Below the pieces are notes generated by a model that was not told the origin of the DNA, made no database searches, and saw nothing but the letters and a program-made list of their open reading frames with translations. 64,000 bases of DNA, from contig NIVC01000419.1 in the NCBI GenBank assembly GCA_002269645.1, positions 310,001 to 374,000 of the forward strand. The letters are read 5' to 3'. A program made the translations under genes and the position numbers. The stretch comes from Macrostomum lignano. Lineage: Eukaryota. Of this stretch, positions 34,978-48,164 are shown piece after piece. The number at the start of each line of letters is the position of its first letter. Position 1 is the stretch's first letter.

Positions 34978-37900
34978 TTATGCATTCCACACGCTGACCC
35001 TGCTCCGCCCGACTCCATTAGCAGCCTCACCGTTTCTTCGTTCTTCATCAATATTGAGATCAGCTTCATCAGTATTAATAGTTGTAACAACAGCATCTTC
35101 TTCATCAGGTTGCAACGGCTGATCTCCAGTTGCCATGGCGGCCCAGTACTTACTGGCTGTGCCCAGGTAGAACAGCAGACTTGGACAAATCAACAGCAAG
35201 CTGGCCAGTGCGCAACTGTCGCAGGCAATTTGCATCCAAAATTGCATCAGTTTATGCTGAAATTTGTGCGCATTTATGACGTACCGGATACTTAATTTAG
35301 TACGTATTGAGTAGACTAGAGCATTCACTGCCAGCGCTGCAAGTTAAGCTAATTTGGCAGTGGTTAGTAGCCAATAAATAATAGTCGAAGTAGGGCTATG
35401 GGCGGGGGCCGTAGCCCAGCGGTAGCGCAGCTGCTCTGGTGTACCAGCGACCCAGGCTCGATTCCAAGTGCAGTCACATTAATTTGGGGCTGAATTGGAA
35501 TCTCGGCTTGGCTCTGCTCGTGCAATTAACGGCCTTGAGAGCCAACCCCCCAAGGCGCAGTGAAGTGTACATGCCTAACGATAAATAAAGTTAGGGCCGC
35601 TGTACACTCCTGTGTGAGTGTGTGCCTGCGTACGTATCCGCGCGCTTGTATGCCTGCTCAGGGGAGTCGGCGGAATGGGCAGCAATGCCTCTCGCCGGTT
35701 GTGTGCCTATGTCGCTTAAAGTGCGATAGGGTGCACACAACCCCCCTGCCAGCATGCAGGGGTCGCGATTTTATGAGGGAGTGACGCAAACAGCCTATTA
35801 TGACGGGTACTAACCACAACCAAATTTGCTTAACTTGAGAATAACAAATAATACATAATGCCACTTTAGATGAGTAGCTATTTAGTAATCACTAACTATA
35901 AAAGTATTAATAATTTCCGTCTTATAATTAGCACTTACTATTAAAAAAACCAACAACACTATACTACTTATGTTTCAACCATAAGTAGCAACAAGTAAGT
36001 TTACTTACAGGCAATCCAGTGGCTATATCGCTATATCCTTTGTCAGCGTAGTACACAATCCGAGCGATCACGACGCCAATGCAGGCAAGACCGGCGACCC
36101 AGGAGACCACGTAGAACTGAATGAACTGGCAGTGTGCAAAATTATGGGCATGACATGGATGCACTTCTAATTTGAAAAAAACTATTACTTTTTTGCAGAC
36201 TGACAATGCACAGGGTATCGAATGTTGAAAAAAGGAGGCTTAGAGAGGAAAGTTTAGCATGCTCAGAGTCATGGAGCTTAGGAGGCAACAGAAACACAGG
36301 ACAATTAAACCAAGAGACTCAGAGAGGCAACCAATAGACATAGAGAGGAAAACCAAAGAGACTCAGAGAGGCAACAAAAAGACAAACAGGAAATCAAAGA
36401 GACTCAGAAGGGCAACCAAAAAGATTCAGAGAGGCAATCAATAGATACAAAAAGGAAAACCAAAGAGACTCAGAGAGGCAACCAATTGACACAAAGAGGA
36501 AAACCAAAGAGACTCAGAGAGGCAACCTATAGACTGAGAGAGGAAAACCAAAGAGACTCGGAAAGGCTACCAATAGACCCTGAGAGGAAAACCAAGGAGA
36601 CTCAGAGAGGCAACCAATAGACACAGAGAGGAAAACCAAAGAGACTCAGAGAGGCAACCAATAGACTCAGAGAGGAAAACCAAGGAGACTCAGAGAGGCA
36701 ACCAATAGACAGAGAGGAAAACCAAAGAGACTCAGAGAGGCAACCAATAGACACAGAGAGGAAAACCAAAGAGACTCAGAGAGGCAACCAATAGACTCAG
36801 AGAGGAAAACCAAGGAGACTCAGAGAGGCAACCAATAGACTGAGAGAGGAAAACCAAAGAGACTCAGAGAGGCAACCAATAGACTGAGAGAGGAAAACCA
36901 AGGAGACTCAGAGAGGCAACCAATAGACTGAGAGAGGAAAACCAAAGAGACTCAGAGAGGCAACCAATAGACACAGAGAGGAAAACCAAAGAGACTCAGA
37001 GAGGCAACCAATAGACTCAGAGAGGAAAACCAGAGACTTAGAGAGGCAACAATAAGAAAAACAGGATATCAAAGAGACTCAGAGAGGCAACCAATAGACA
37101 CAGAGAGGAAAACCAAAGAGACTCAGAGAGGCAACCAATAGACTCAGAGAGGAAAACCAAGGAGACTCAGAGAGGCAACCAATAGACTGAGAGAGGAAAA
37201 CCAAAGAGACTCAGAGAGGCAACCAATAGACTGAGAGAGGAAAACCAAGGAGACTCAGAGAGGCAACCAATAGACTGAGAGAGGAAAACCAAAGAGACTC
37301 AGAGAGGAAAACCAAAGAGACTCAGAGAGGCAACCAATAGACTCAGAGAGGAAAACCAGAGACTTAGAGAGGCAACAATAAGAAAAACAGGATATCAAAG
37401 AGACTCAGAGAGGCAACCAATAGACACAGAGAGGAAAACCAAAGAGACTCAGAGAGGCAACCAATAGACACAGAGAGGAAAACCAGAGACTTAGAGAGGC
37501 AACAATAAGAAAAACAGGATATCAAAGAGACTCAGAAGGGCAACCAAAAAGATTCAGAGAGGCAACTAAAGAATCTCAGATAGGGAGAGTCAGAGTGGCA
37601 ACAGACGCGCTTATACATGCATGTATGTACACTCTGTGCTTTTATGTGCTAACACAAACAAAAGCATCAGTATTCTTACCGATCTAACCGCGCCATCGTG
37701 AGCAGTTCTCAAAGCGAGTGTTCCACAGCCAACTAACAGGAAGGCCAGCCAAATTCCATAGCCATAGAGATTATGATAGTCCAGCCGCATGGGATAGCGC
37801 TCAGTAGCATTTGAGTACATCAGCGGTATGAGAACGACATTGGCTAGTGATAGCAACACAAGGCAGAAAGCTACCAAACAGATCAACAGACCAGCAGGGG

Positions 37901-38051
37901 TTAGCAGCCGGGGCGGTGGTCGCATGCGGGCATTGACAGTGACGGCACCTGGCGACCTGGCACCCGAACAGCCTGCAGGTCGCCGACAAACATTGACATT
38001 GTCATCTTCGTGACCATCTGCGGTCACCTCGTCAACTTCAGTTGGATGCAT
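34978..38051 (-). CDS. Four-transmembrane protein, MS4A/CD20-like, 3 exons, about 252 aa
   Basis: complement(join(37680..38051,36009..36116,34978..35256)); phase-0 GT-AG junctions (TCG|GTAAGA, TTCAG|TTC, CCT|GTAAGT, TTTCAG|CAT). Four hydrophobic helices; YGYGIWLAFLLVGCGTLAL resembles the CD20-family GYPFWG...SG.LS motif; acidic C-tail. Family call is from motif recall only. Confidence 0.7.
35404..35830 (+). mobile_element. tRNA-derived SINE family B, most complete copy
   Basis: A box TAGCCCAGCGG and B-box-like GGCTCGATTCC; homologous to 2385-2690(-); 3' hairpin TTGTGTGC...GCACACAA at about 35699-35740. Confidence 0.72.
36300..37575 (+). repeat. 44-bp minisatellite (GAGACTCAGAGAGGCAACCAATAGACACAGAGAGGAAAACCAAA)
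   Basis: About 28 copies made of two related 22-bp halves; lies in intron 1 of the 4-TM gene. Confidence 0.93.
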
Positions 38052-38214
38052 TGAGGCAATTGGGTGGAATTCAGCTAAATGCTTTGACTAACTTTGAATA
38101 AATTCAACTTTAAAACCAAATATTTTAGATGGTTACTAATTAAGGATTATTAATATGGTTTTACAACAGCTTAAGTTCTGGGACTTGAATTGCCTAGTCA
38201 ATTAAATACTAATC

Positions 38215-38360
38215 AATATTAATTGATTACACCTGCCCCAATGTGTAATCTGAAAGCTGAGTATGGCTGTTAAGTCCAAGAACTGGGAGGTCAACACACA
38301 CCCTCGATTACCGCAGATAATGTTAGAACCCATTTTATTACTGGGTGAATTGAGTTACAA
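38215..38360 (-). mobile_element. Degenerate family A (CORE-like) SINE fragment
   Basis: Minus strand TTCACCCAGTAATAAAATGGGTTCTAACATT...CACATTGGGGCAGGTGTAATCA matches the 55670-55880 copy. Confidence 0.5.
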
Positions 38361-38581
38361 TTAGTTAAATGGCTAAATTGTATATCAGGTGATTATAGGA
38401 TGAAATTAAAAAATATTTATATTTAAATATATATATATATATAATAATATATATTTAAAATATAAATAATAAAATAAAATAATAATAAATATAATATATA
38501 TATATGATATATATATTTTTTAATTTCATCCTATAATCACCTGATATACTATTTAGCCATTTAACTAATTGTAACTCAATT
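38348..38581. repeat. Fold-back inverted repeat (arms about 69 bp, 1 mismatch, almost purely AT spacer)
   Basis: 38348-38416 versus 38513-38581. Confidence 0.9.
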
Positions 38582-40233
38582 TCATTTTATAATCACATAA
38601 ATGCAAAATTACATATAGGGGATTGTAGCATAAAAGTAAATAAAATTGAACATGCATGCAATTTGCAAACTAACAAATGTCATTCAATCATTCTAGAGAC
38701 ATATATACATAAAACATGCACATAGTTGCAATTAGTGTCAAAATGCCATAAACAAATATATAGGCTATGTTTGTAGAGATTAAAGTAAAATCCAATATAT
38801 GCTTTCTGTCATGTTTAGTTTTTTACATGTTTTTGTATAGACATATACACACCCTTCACTTTTGTCTTACAATCCCCTCTTGTTATGGAATATACTTATT
38901 TTCTACTAAAGGCATCATATCCTATATCCTAAAAATGAGTTGTCTGTGGGTAGGTAGGTAGGTAGGTATGCGATAGATTTCAGAAAAATTGGCTCAATCG
39001 ATTTTCTTCAAACTTGCACCATTCGATCAGAAATTTTCCTGGGACGGTACATGCATCTTGGCTAAGAAATTGCTCAATGTTAAAGGGATTAAATATTCGA
39101 AAAACATGCTTTTTTGCAAAGGTCAAGCAGCTCTTTCGACCTGAAATGCTAGAGAAAAAACTGACTGGCTGAATTCCGATTGTGATAAAGATTGCATAAC
39201 AGCTGAATTGTACCTCCGACTTGAATTGCGTCACAGTGTTGAAAACACTGTGTAGAAGCATATTACGAGACTTGATTTAGACTGCGTAACCATATTGTTA
39301 ACTTTGATTAGAACTGATATACTGACCGATTGAAAAATTGATTATGTCATAACTGCTTCGTGCTCATCTTATAGTGTAATTTTTGTTAAACATAAAAGAG
39401 GCGTCATGACAAACCTAAAAAAATGCTAGCGTCGAGGCTTACTAATTCAGAACCACAAGTGTCATAAAAATCGTAAAAGAAGTGTCATTTTAAGCATGAA
39501 AAGTAGTTCTTGTAAAGCCTAGAAGAAGCGCGAATATTCGAATAACACACATGCCTTTCTGCAAGGGTCAAGCAGAACTTTCTACTGTGAGCCATTCTGA
39601 TTGGAATTGAACTTTGCAGCGCCCAGTAAAGTAGTATTTTTTGTCGCCAGGCTAGAGAACTATAAATGTAGACTGCGAAAAAAGATTGTACATTATAAAA
39701 TGTCCCCGTGCACAATTAACATACTAACTTTAAATGCTGGAGAGAGGGAGAGTGAGAGATTGAAATACATGCACATATATACAGTATCTAATTGATTCAC
39801 AATATACGAACCATGTTTGCGACTAACCCCCCAAAATGTAATAAAACCGTCTGATTATAAAAAGGTCCAAAAGTGCCACAGAGATAGATGTACGCTCGTA
39901 CATTGGCTACTGAGGCTTGCGCCTCCTTCAGAAAATTTATCTGAATCCTTTCACATAGGAGAGTTAGAGTTAGGTGTTTGAGAGAGAGTATTGAATAATA
40001 AAAAAGTCCTGACCAATTAGCAGGCGGGTATTGGAGAGAATTTAGGCTTGCTGTACACACTGACAGTCTAACAGTGTACAAATGGTGTCCAGCTTTTTGG
40101 GATTGGGTGGTTGCTGAGTTTAAAACGCGTGACATTATAGACTTCATACCTTTCTCTTTTCTCGCACACAACCCCTACTATCCTTTCTTTTCATTATCAC
40201 TCAAAATTCTTATCTTTCAATTTGAATTCCAAT

Positions 40234-43200
40234 ATGGCTCGACGTGGCACCAGCGCATTGAAGAAGAGCAGAGATGCCAAGAAGAAGCGTCAGCAAGAGA
40301 GTGCCGTTCAGCGAGAGGAGCGGCTGGCTGAACTGCGGCAGCAGAAGGATGAGCGAACGGCCATGGAGACTGACGCGCAGCGAGAAGAGCGGTTGGCTGG
40401 ACTGCGGCAGCAGAAGGCTGAGCGAACGGCCATGGAGACTGACGCGCAGCGAGAGGAGCGGCTGGCTGAACTGCGGCAGCAGAAGGCTGAGCGAACGGCC
40501 ATGGAGACTGACGCGCAGCGAGAGGAGCGGCTGGCTGAACTGCGGCAGCAGAAGGCTGAGCGAACGGCCATGGAGACTGACGCGCAGCGAGAAGAGCGGT
40601 TGGCTGGACTGCGGCAGCAGAAGGCTGAGCGAACGGCCATGGAGACTGACGCGCAGCGAGAAGAGCGGCTGGCTGGACACCGGCAGCAGGAGGCTGAGCG
40701 AAGGGCAACTGAAACCGACGCTCAGCGAGAAGAGCGTAGATCTGGAGACAGAACTCGTGCGGAGAAGCGACGCGCTTCAGAAACCGAAGAGCAACGAAGA
40801 GCTCGAGTGGAAGCCGAGCAAATTCGCCGTCGAGGAGTGTCGGCTGGCAGGTAGGATGACATTTTAATTGGAGCTATATATTTTATAGCCATATAAAATC
40901 CAAGTGCCCATTGTGCCTAATTCGGGGTATTTTCTATCTTAGCTGATGTTTTATTGGTACTTGGGCATATAATTAAAAACTGGAATCTGTTTCGTGCATT
41001 TTTTCTCATCTTTTCAAGTCGATTGCTTTCCAAGAGTTTTATTTAAGAGATCAGTATAGAATAGCATAAAATTTATTCGTCACTACTTTAATTACCGGCA
41101 AATGAAGTTGTGTATAATTTTTTTCCTATATTCCAGGTTTGATAGTAGTGAGTTGGCCACACCGTCTGTGGTACCTTTTGATGCGTTGCGCATAATTCGC
41201 ATTCCTGGTGATGGGAACTGTTTTTTTTATGCAGTCTGTGATCAGTTGCAGGGCACTCCACTTGAGACCGATGCGGCATCTTTAAGACACGAGCTGACGA
41301 GCCGTGTAGTGCAGATTATGCCAGAATTGATTGAACAAGGCTTTGTTTTGCCAGAAAATGCTGATTTCATTGTTGATTCCTCTTTTTCTGAAGGCACATA
41401 TGTGCCTGATGAAGTTGTTCCGCTTTTAAGCCGTTGTTTTAATGTTGATCTGGTGATTTATCAAGAAAACGGGACTGTACTGCAGTACTGTATGTCCCCT
41501 TTGCAGCCACCGATTGCAATCGTCCGAATTCTTTTGCGTCATGAGCATTATGAGTCATTGCGATTTGCTAATCCGATTCCAGTTTCTGAGCCCATTGTAG
41601 ATGCAGAGGAGCCAAGATTAACTCAGCAGAGTGCAGGTCATTTTGGCGCAAGACCTGCTCAAGAGAGGTAGGTCATTGGTGTGACTGGTCATCATAATTT
41701 ATTTGTCATCGAAATCAAGTTGTTTTATTCCAATAAATTTTTTTGTAAACTGAAAGATTAACTGGGAAAACTGTTTGCCATTAATCCTTCCTAATCCTAA
41801 TCCTTCCAATCACAGGCCAGAACGGATTATCAGGCCTGAAGCGCCAGCCCATAACTGTGGCCCAATGGACAGAGCATGCGACCAATGCGGTGCATTACTT
41901 TGGTGCTCTGAGACGAGGAATTTCTGCTGCGCCAAAGGCAAGGTAAAGCTGCCCAGCCGCACCGTGCCTCAAGTGCTGGCGGATCTGTACCTGGGGCGGC
42001 ACAGACTGAGTGCCGAGTTCCTGACCAACATTCGGAGTTACAACTCGGCGCTGCACCTGACATCGCTGGGTGCCAAACTGCGGTTGGTGCCAGGCTGGTG
42101 TCCCAGCTTCATCATCAGCGGCCAGTTGCATCACAACACGGCGCCGCTGTTTGCAGAGGATTCAGCTGAGCCCCATGGCTGGCAGGTGTATTTCAATGAT
42201 CGCGAACTTGAAAGCCGCCAGAGTCTCAGCCAGAAGGTGAAGCCGGAGCTACTGGAGCTATTGCAGACGCTGCTTCACGAGTGCAACGGCTATGTCCGCA
42301 GCCTGAGGGCAGTCGCTCATCGAATCAGTCAAGATCCGGAGTTGGGAGATGCGCGAATCGTGATTCACCCTGACCGTCGACCATCTGGGGAACACATTCG
42401 GTATGTCTGCAAGACATTCTAATAAGATATTTTGCGTAATAAATTATCCAATTATCCAATTTGTACAAACTCAGTATCCCACAAACTCCGTTCAAAATAA
42501 GGCGCTACAACTTGCCTACGGCGAACGAGGTCGGTATCCTGATTGTGGAGGACAATGAGAACACACCGGCCAGTCGGGACGTCGTGATTCAACTGCGTGG
42601 TGGCGGTTCCCAGAGAATCAGCGAGACGCACCGCTCATATGACCCGCTGGAGTATGTGCTGCTGTTCCCGAATGGCGAAGATGGCTGGCACCCGGAGTTG
42701 CTGATGAGTAATGGCAAGAAATTGACGCCCATGAAATACTATGCGAGCGAAATCATGGTGCGAGCGGGCCAGTTCAGTGTGCTGCACTATGGCCGAAGAT
42801 TATTTCAGCAGTACTTGGTGGACATGTGTGCCAAGATTGAGGCAGAGAGGCTGCTGTATTTGCGGACCCATCAGCAGGACCTGCGCAGCGAGACGTACAG
42901 CGGTCTGCGGGACGCTCTGTTTGCAGCTGATGGCAGGTCTACCGACAGAGATCCGAGTGACATAGGCAAGCCCGCGCATGTGCTTCTGTCTTCGAGCTTC
43001 GTTGGCGGGCCAAGGTACCTGATGGAGAGGCTACAGGACGCTATGACCTATGTTCACAAGTTCGGTAAGCCGGACCTGTTTGTCACCGCAACGTGCAATC
43101 CGAAATGGCCGGAGATCAGCGCTCAGCTTCTGCCTGGACAGCGGGCAGAAGACCGGCCCGACATTGTTAGCCGAGTCTTTGAAATGAAGAAGAAAGCTCT

Positions 43201-46200
43201 GCTGGCCCAGTTGACCAAGCGCTATGGGAAAGAGGCCGCTCACGTTTGCTCACTGGAGTACCAGAAGCGTGGTGAGTAAAAATTCTGACTTGCAAGAATC
43301 AAAGTTTTAAGATTTATTAAAATTTAGATTTACAATGGTTTTGTGATATTTTTTAATACTTTTTTTGACGCTCCAGGTCTTCCCATGTGCACTTTCTGCT
43401 GTGGCTCATGAGCGGTCAGCGAGTGACTCCGGACCGATACGATGACATCGTGTCTGCCGAGATTCCGGACCCAGAGCAGCAGCCTGTGCTGTATGAGCTG
43501 GTGAAGACGCACATGATCCATGGCCCCTGCGGCAAGGAGAATCCGGCGTGTCCTTGCATGGAGAATGGCGAATGCAGCAAGGGCTTTCCGAAAGAGTTCC
43601 AGCAGGTGACGCTGACCAGCGATACTGGCTACCCACTGTACCGCAGACTATCGCCTGAGATGGGCGGATTTACAGTGGACAAACTGTTCAAAGGCCGGAG
43701 CATTCGCATGGACAACAGGGAAGTTCAAACGCTAATATATTGCTTAGTTGTGCATTGCAGCTTTTGTTTCTGAAAGTTAATGATATTATTTTTTCATTAA
43801 AACAGGTGGGTCGTTCCGTACAGCCCTGACCTGTTGCTCCAGTTTGCGTGCCACTTGAACGTCGAAGTTTGCGCCACTGTGAAGTCGGTCAAGTACGTGA
43901 TCAAGTACCTGTTAAAGGGTGGCGACATGGCGACGTTCAAAGTCGATGCCAATAGGAATTCTACTGAACCGAGAGAGCAGGCAGTGGGTAACCAGCAGCC
44001 GACGCAAACGACACGAAATGAGCCGCGGCGTGATGAGATTAAGGAGTACCTGTCCGCGCGCTACATTGGTCCAATGGAAGCCGTGAATACCATCTTGGGC
44101 TTTGAAGTAATTCGCATTCTAATTATTATTGGCTCATTTTAACCAGAGCTGTGAAACCTCGTCATAGTATAAATTGAATTTCGATCGAAACTTAAAGGCT
44201 GTATATTTTCCTTTCACTTTCTGATCAGGTGCACAACAGGTTTCCGGCGGTCATCCGACTCTGCGTTCACAAGTCGGAAGAGCAGCTCGTGTATTTCAAC
44301 GAGGGGACCGCAAGAGCAAAAGCGAGAACGCCGAAGGATTCGACGTTGACGGCGTTTTTCAAGCTGTGCCGTATTGACGAATTTGCTGGGTCCTTGCTCT
44401 ACACGGAGGTGCCGTCCTACTTTGTGTGGCACTCCAGCGAAAGAGAGTGGCGGCGGGCCAAGCAGGGTGTGCGAGTCGATGGCCATCCGGGTGTAGTGCG
44501 GAACAAAAACGTTGCACGCATGTACACGGTGAGTCCAAGAGCAGGTGATTTATTTTATGTTCGAATGCTCCTTTTGAATGTTAGGGGACCGACTAGCTTC
44601 GAGGCGCTGCAGACCGTGGACGGCGTTGTGCATCCGAGCGCCAAGGCTGCTTGCATGGCCCTTGGCCTGCTGCAGCGAGATGATCACTGGCGGCGGTGTC
44701 TAGCTGAGGCCGTTCAGTCAAGAATGCCAAGAGCCCTGAGACATCTTCTGGCCGTAATTCTCATATGGGGTGAGCCTGAGGATGGCAGCGACCTCTGGTG
44801 CAGTTTTGCCGAGGATCTCAGCGAGGACCTGCGGTTTCACCACCGAGACTTGAGCACCGAGGAGATTACTGACCTGGCGCTGCGTGAGCTTCAGAGCATG
44901 CTGATCTCCATGGGCGGGAGAAGCCTGCCAGAGTACGGCCTGCCTGCGGCCTCCGTGACACCTCAAGATGGACCAATGCAGTTTGATACGGTTGAGCAAG
45001 CACTGATTACTGAGGCGCGCTTACCAATGCTGACAGATGAGCAGAAAGCGGTGTACGAGTCCGTGACTCAGAATCTTGTGGACGGCACCAGCGGCTTGCA
45101 CTTCCTGGACGCGCCCGCTGGCACTGGCAAGACCTTCCTGCTGGAGGTTCTGCTAGCCTTCGTGCGCAGCCGGGGTGAAGTCGCCCTCGCCGTTGCGGCT
45201 TCTGGAATCGCAGCGACTCTTTTGCCAGGTGGACAGACGGCGCATTCAACGTGAGTAATTTATTGTCAATATTTCAAAAAGCAGTTGTAAATATTTCGTG
45301 TGCTGTAAATATGTTCGGCATGGTGAAACTATTTGTCTATGCCAGGTTCAAGATACCAATTCGGGCGATCCGTTCGAGCAAAGACGTGTGCGCTGTTGGA
45401 GCGCAGTCCAAACAGGCCGCTGTATTTCGGACAGTGCGTCTAATTGTCTGGGACGAGATTTCTATGACAAACCGGAAGGATTTGGAGGCCGTCGACCGGT
45501 GCTTGCGAGACGTGCGGAAGCAGGACGTGCCATTCGGCGGAGTGGTTTTCGTTTGCGCTGGGGACTTTCGCCAGTTGCTGCCCGTTGTGGTGCATGGGAC
45601 TCGAGCCAACAGCGTCATGGCGTGTGTCAGCAGATCCCCACTGTGGAAATTTTTCCGGCGGCATCGCCTTACAAGAAACATCCGATTGCTGAGCAGTTCC
45701 GATTCTGCAACGTATTTGAGATACACCGAGCTACTCAAGCAGGTAAGTTTGTTTTCATCAGTTTATTTATTGGAAGATTTAAGGATGTTCGGTTTCTTTC
45801 GTGTTGAGAGCTCCATTTTAAAAATTGTGGCTTATTCAAGAATGCCTTGCTTAAAGTCTGTCTAGCGTTTTAAATATTTGACTTTTAACCCCCCAGATCG
45901 GATCCGGAACAATTGAGCAGGATGCAGAGGAGAAAGTGTCTCTTCCTGCTGAGATCATCATTTCTGCGGAGGCGCCGCTCAATGATCTTATAAATTTTGT
46001 GTACCCATCGTTTGAGGCCTCAGTGGAGAGGGACGGCTACTTTGCAAGCCGAGCGATCCTGGCGCCGTACAATGACTCAGTGGATGCCATCAACGAGACG
46101 TGCCTGGGCATGTTCCCCGGCAGCCTGCGGGAGTACCGCTCAATAGACAGTGTGGCCGATGAGGATGCCGCTACGCACTTCCCGCCTGAGTTGCTCAACC

Positions 46201-46660
46201 AGCTGGATGCCCCGAACTTTCCGATTCACTTGCTGAGGCTAAAAGTGGGTATGCCAGTAGTTCTTCTCAGGAACATCAACCCGCCACGATTGTGCAATGG
46301 TACGCGGCTGATCATACTCGCAATGGGCGAGAACGTGCTTAGATGCAAGATTGCCGCCGGCCAGTTCACGGGAGACGAGATTCTTCTGCCGCGAATCCCG
46401 CTGATTCCTAGCAATGCGGACCTCCCCGTCAGTTTTAAGCGGCTGCAGTTCCCTGTGAAGCCGAGTTTCTGCCTGACGATTCACAAGTCGCAGGGACAGT
46501 CTCTGGACACAGTTGGCGTGACCTGTCAGTCGGTTGCTTCACGCATGGCCAGCTGTACACGGCGCTGTCACGAGCAAAGAACGCGGCAAATGTTCGCGTC
46601 CGGATTCCGGGAACAAGGACCAGAAACGTTGTGTTTCCAGAAGTTCTCACTGAAGACTAA
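40234..46660 (+). CDS. Helitron RepHel protein (STPR-like repeats + OTU protease + Cys/Zn motif + HUH Rep + PIF1 helicase), 9 exons, apparently disrupted
   Basis: Exons 40234-40850, 41137-41667, 41816-42400, 42502-43271, 43377-43718, 43806-44106, 44229-45250, 45346-45742, 45897-46660. Motifs: IPGDGNCFF...HYESL, CDQCGALLW...CC, FQQYLVDMCAKIE, SFVGGPRY, FGKPDLFVTATCNPKWPEI, EYQKRG(L)PHVH, HMIHGPCG, LDAPAGTGKT, WDEISM, GDFRQLLPV, LCNGTRL, TIHKSQGQSL, HGQLYTALSR. Apparent 1-bp deletions at about 43383 and 46520; GG instead of GT at donor 43719. Confidence 0.92.
40300..40800 (+). repeat. 69-bp coding repeat encoding 23-aa STPR-like units (ETDAQREERLAELRQQKAERTAM) x about 7
   Basis: Direct reading; 23-residue period and ET.EQR..RL signature as in the STPR domain of silkworm FMBP-1. 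Confidence 0.8.
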
Positions 46661-47759
46661 TTTATTTATCGTAAAAAATGAGGGGTGAGCAATAATTTTC
46701 CTCATGCAAAAGGCTAGAAAGTATATTCATTTATTTTTAAGGAAAAATAGAATAATTATTTCCCCATATCTCTTAAGTAATAGCTCTCATTCTCTAAAGC
46801 AATAGCTGTCAATAGCTCTCATTCCTAAAAGAATCGCAGGAAATTTATTGCCCCAACCTCATTTCTAACGAAGCGTAGATATTGCATGGCAGTGAGTACG
46901 AGCTAATAGCTGATGAACTTTATGTTGAAGCTCAATTAGGCTTATTTATTCATTGTACTAATTTTTACAGTCAATTTGCACTTTACAGTTAATTTGTATT
47001 TTAAGGCAATTTCATATTAGCCGAAAGTAACTTTTGAAACAAACCTTCTTTTGCACTGCTTTTAATGAATTCAATCTTTGATGAGCAGTTAATTTTGTCT
47101 TTTATTTTTCCCCTGAAATTTCATTATAATTCGTGTAAAAACTTTACTTATTTTATATCGCAAATTTATGCAAAAGACGAAACAATTTTGTTTTTAGTTT
47201 TCCAAGGTTCGCAAAAACTATGAGTGACAGTCTTTTTTTCAAAAATAAAAAATATCTCAAGTCACCTGTAACAACTGTGGACTGTAAGCTCATAAAAAAC
47301 GATTTGCATCAACTTGCGACGGGGCCTTCGTCTTCCATATATTGAAAGTTGAATAATATACGAAACTCACAAGATGTCAATTTTAACTAAGGCGAAGGCC
47401 CTGAATGGAGCTTTTGTCTTACTTCATTTCTTAATCTTTGGCGAAACAAATATGAATAGTCTGTGGCAAAGCGCAAAGGCTAAGGAAATATAGAGCCGAA
47501 CTGATTGTTCTGACTATGGATTTGAGGGCAGGAATGAGCGAATCCGAGGGCTGCGACTATAGACTAACGTAGAGTATTAAAGGAACTCATCTGGTCACAT
47601 GCAGCCATTGCACACGCTATGTATACGTGACATATCGGTTGTACTTTTAATGCCATGTTCATAAGTTTCACTTTGTACTTTTCAAGTTTATTCGCAAAAA
47701 AATACAAAAAATTCTTGCGTTACAAACGTCAAAAACGTTTAACAAACGTTAAAAATTAA

Positions 47760-48060
47760 AGAGCCACCATGTCTAACATTAAAGAGCCACAATGTCAAGC
47801 ATAAAAGGACCACCATGTCGAACATTAAAGAGCCACCATGTCAAAAATTAAAGAGCCACCATGTCGAACATTAAAGAGCCACCATGTCCAACATATATGT
47901 GACTCCATGTCAAACATTAAAGAGCCACCATGTCAAAAATTAAAGAGCCACCATGTCGAACATTAAAGAGCCACCATGTCAAACATTAAAGAGCCACCAT
48001 GTCGAACATTAAAGAGCCATCATGTCAAACACTAAAAAGCCACCATGTCAAACATAAAAG
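47760..48060 (+). repeat. 23-bp satellite (GAGCCACCATGTCAAACATTAAA), short array in Helitron 1
   Basis: About 13 copies. Confidence 0.9.
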
Positions 48061-48164
48061 ATACACAATTTCAAACGTAAAAGTAAGCGTCATGCCAATT
48101 TTAAAGGAGCCACTATAGAGCTAAGGAAATTGTTGCACTAGCTACTTATTGTCTGGTGGATGCT

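Noticed and set aside
35404-35475. Functional tRNA gene
   Set aside because: No canonical anticodon arm or acceptor stem; it continues into a dispersed repeat shared with 2385-2690.
35590-35745. HDV-like ribozyme suggested by GGCGGAATGGG
   Set aside because: I could not build the P1/P2/P3 nested pseudoknot; the downstream part folds as a simple hairpin. An Infernal search would be decisive.
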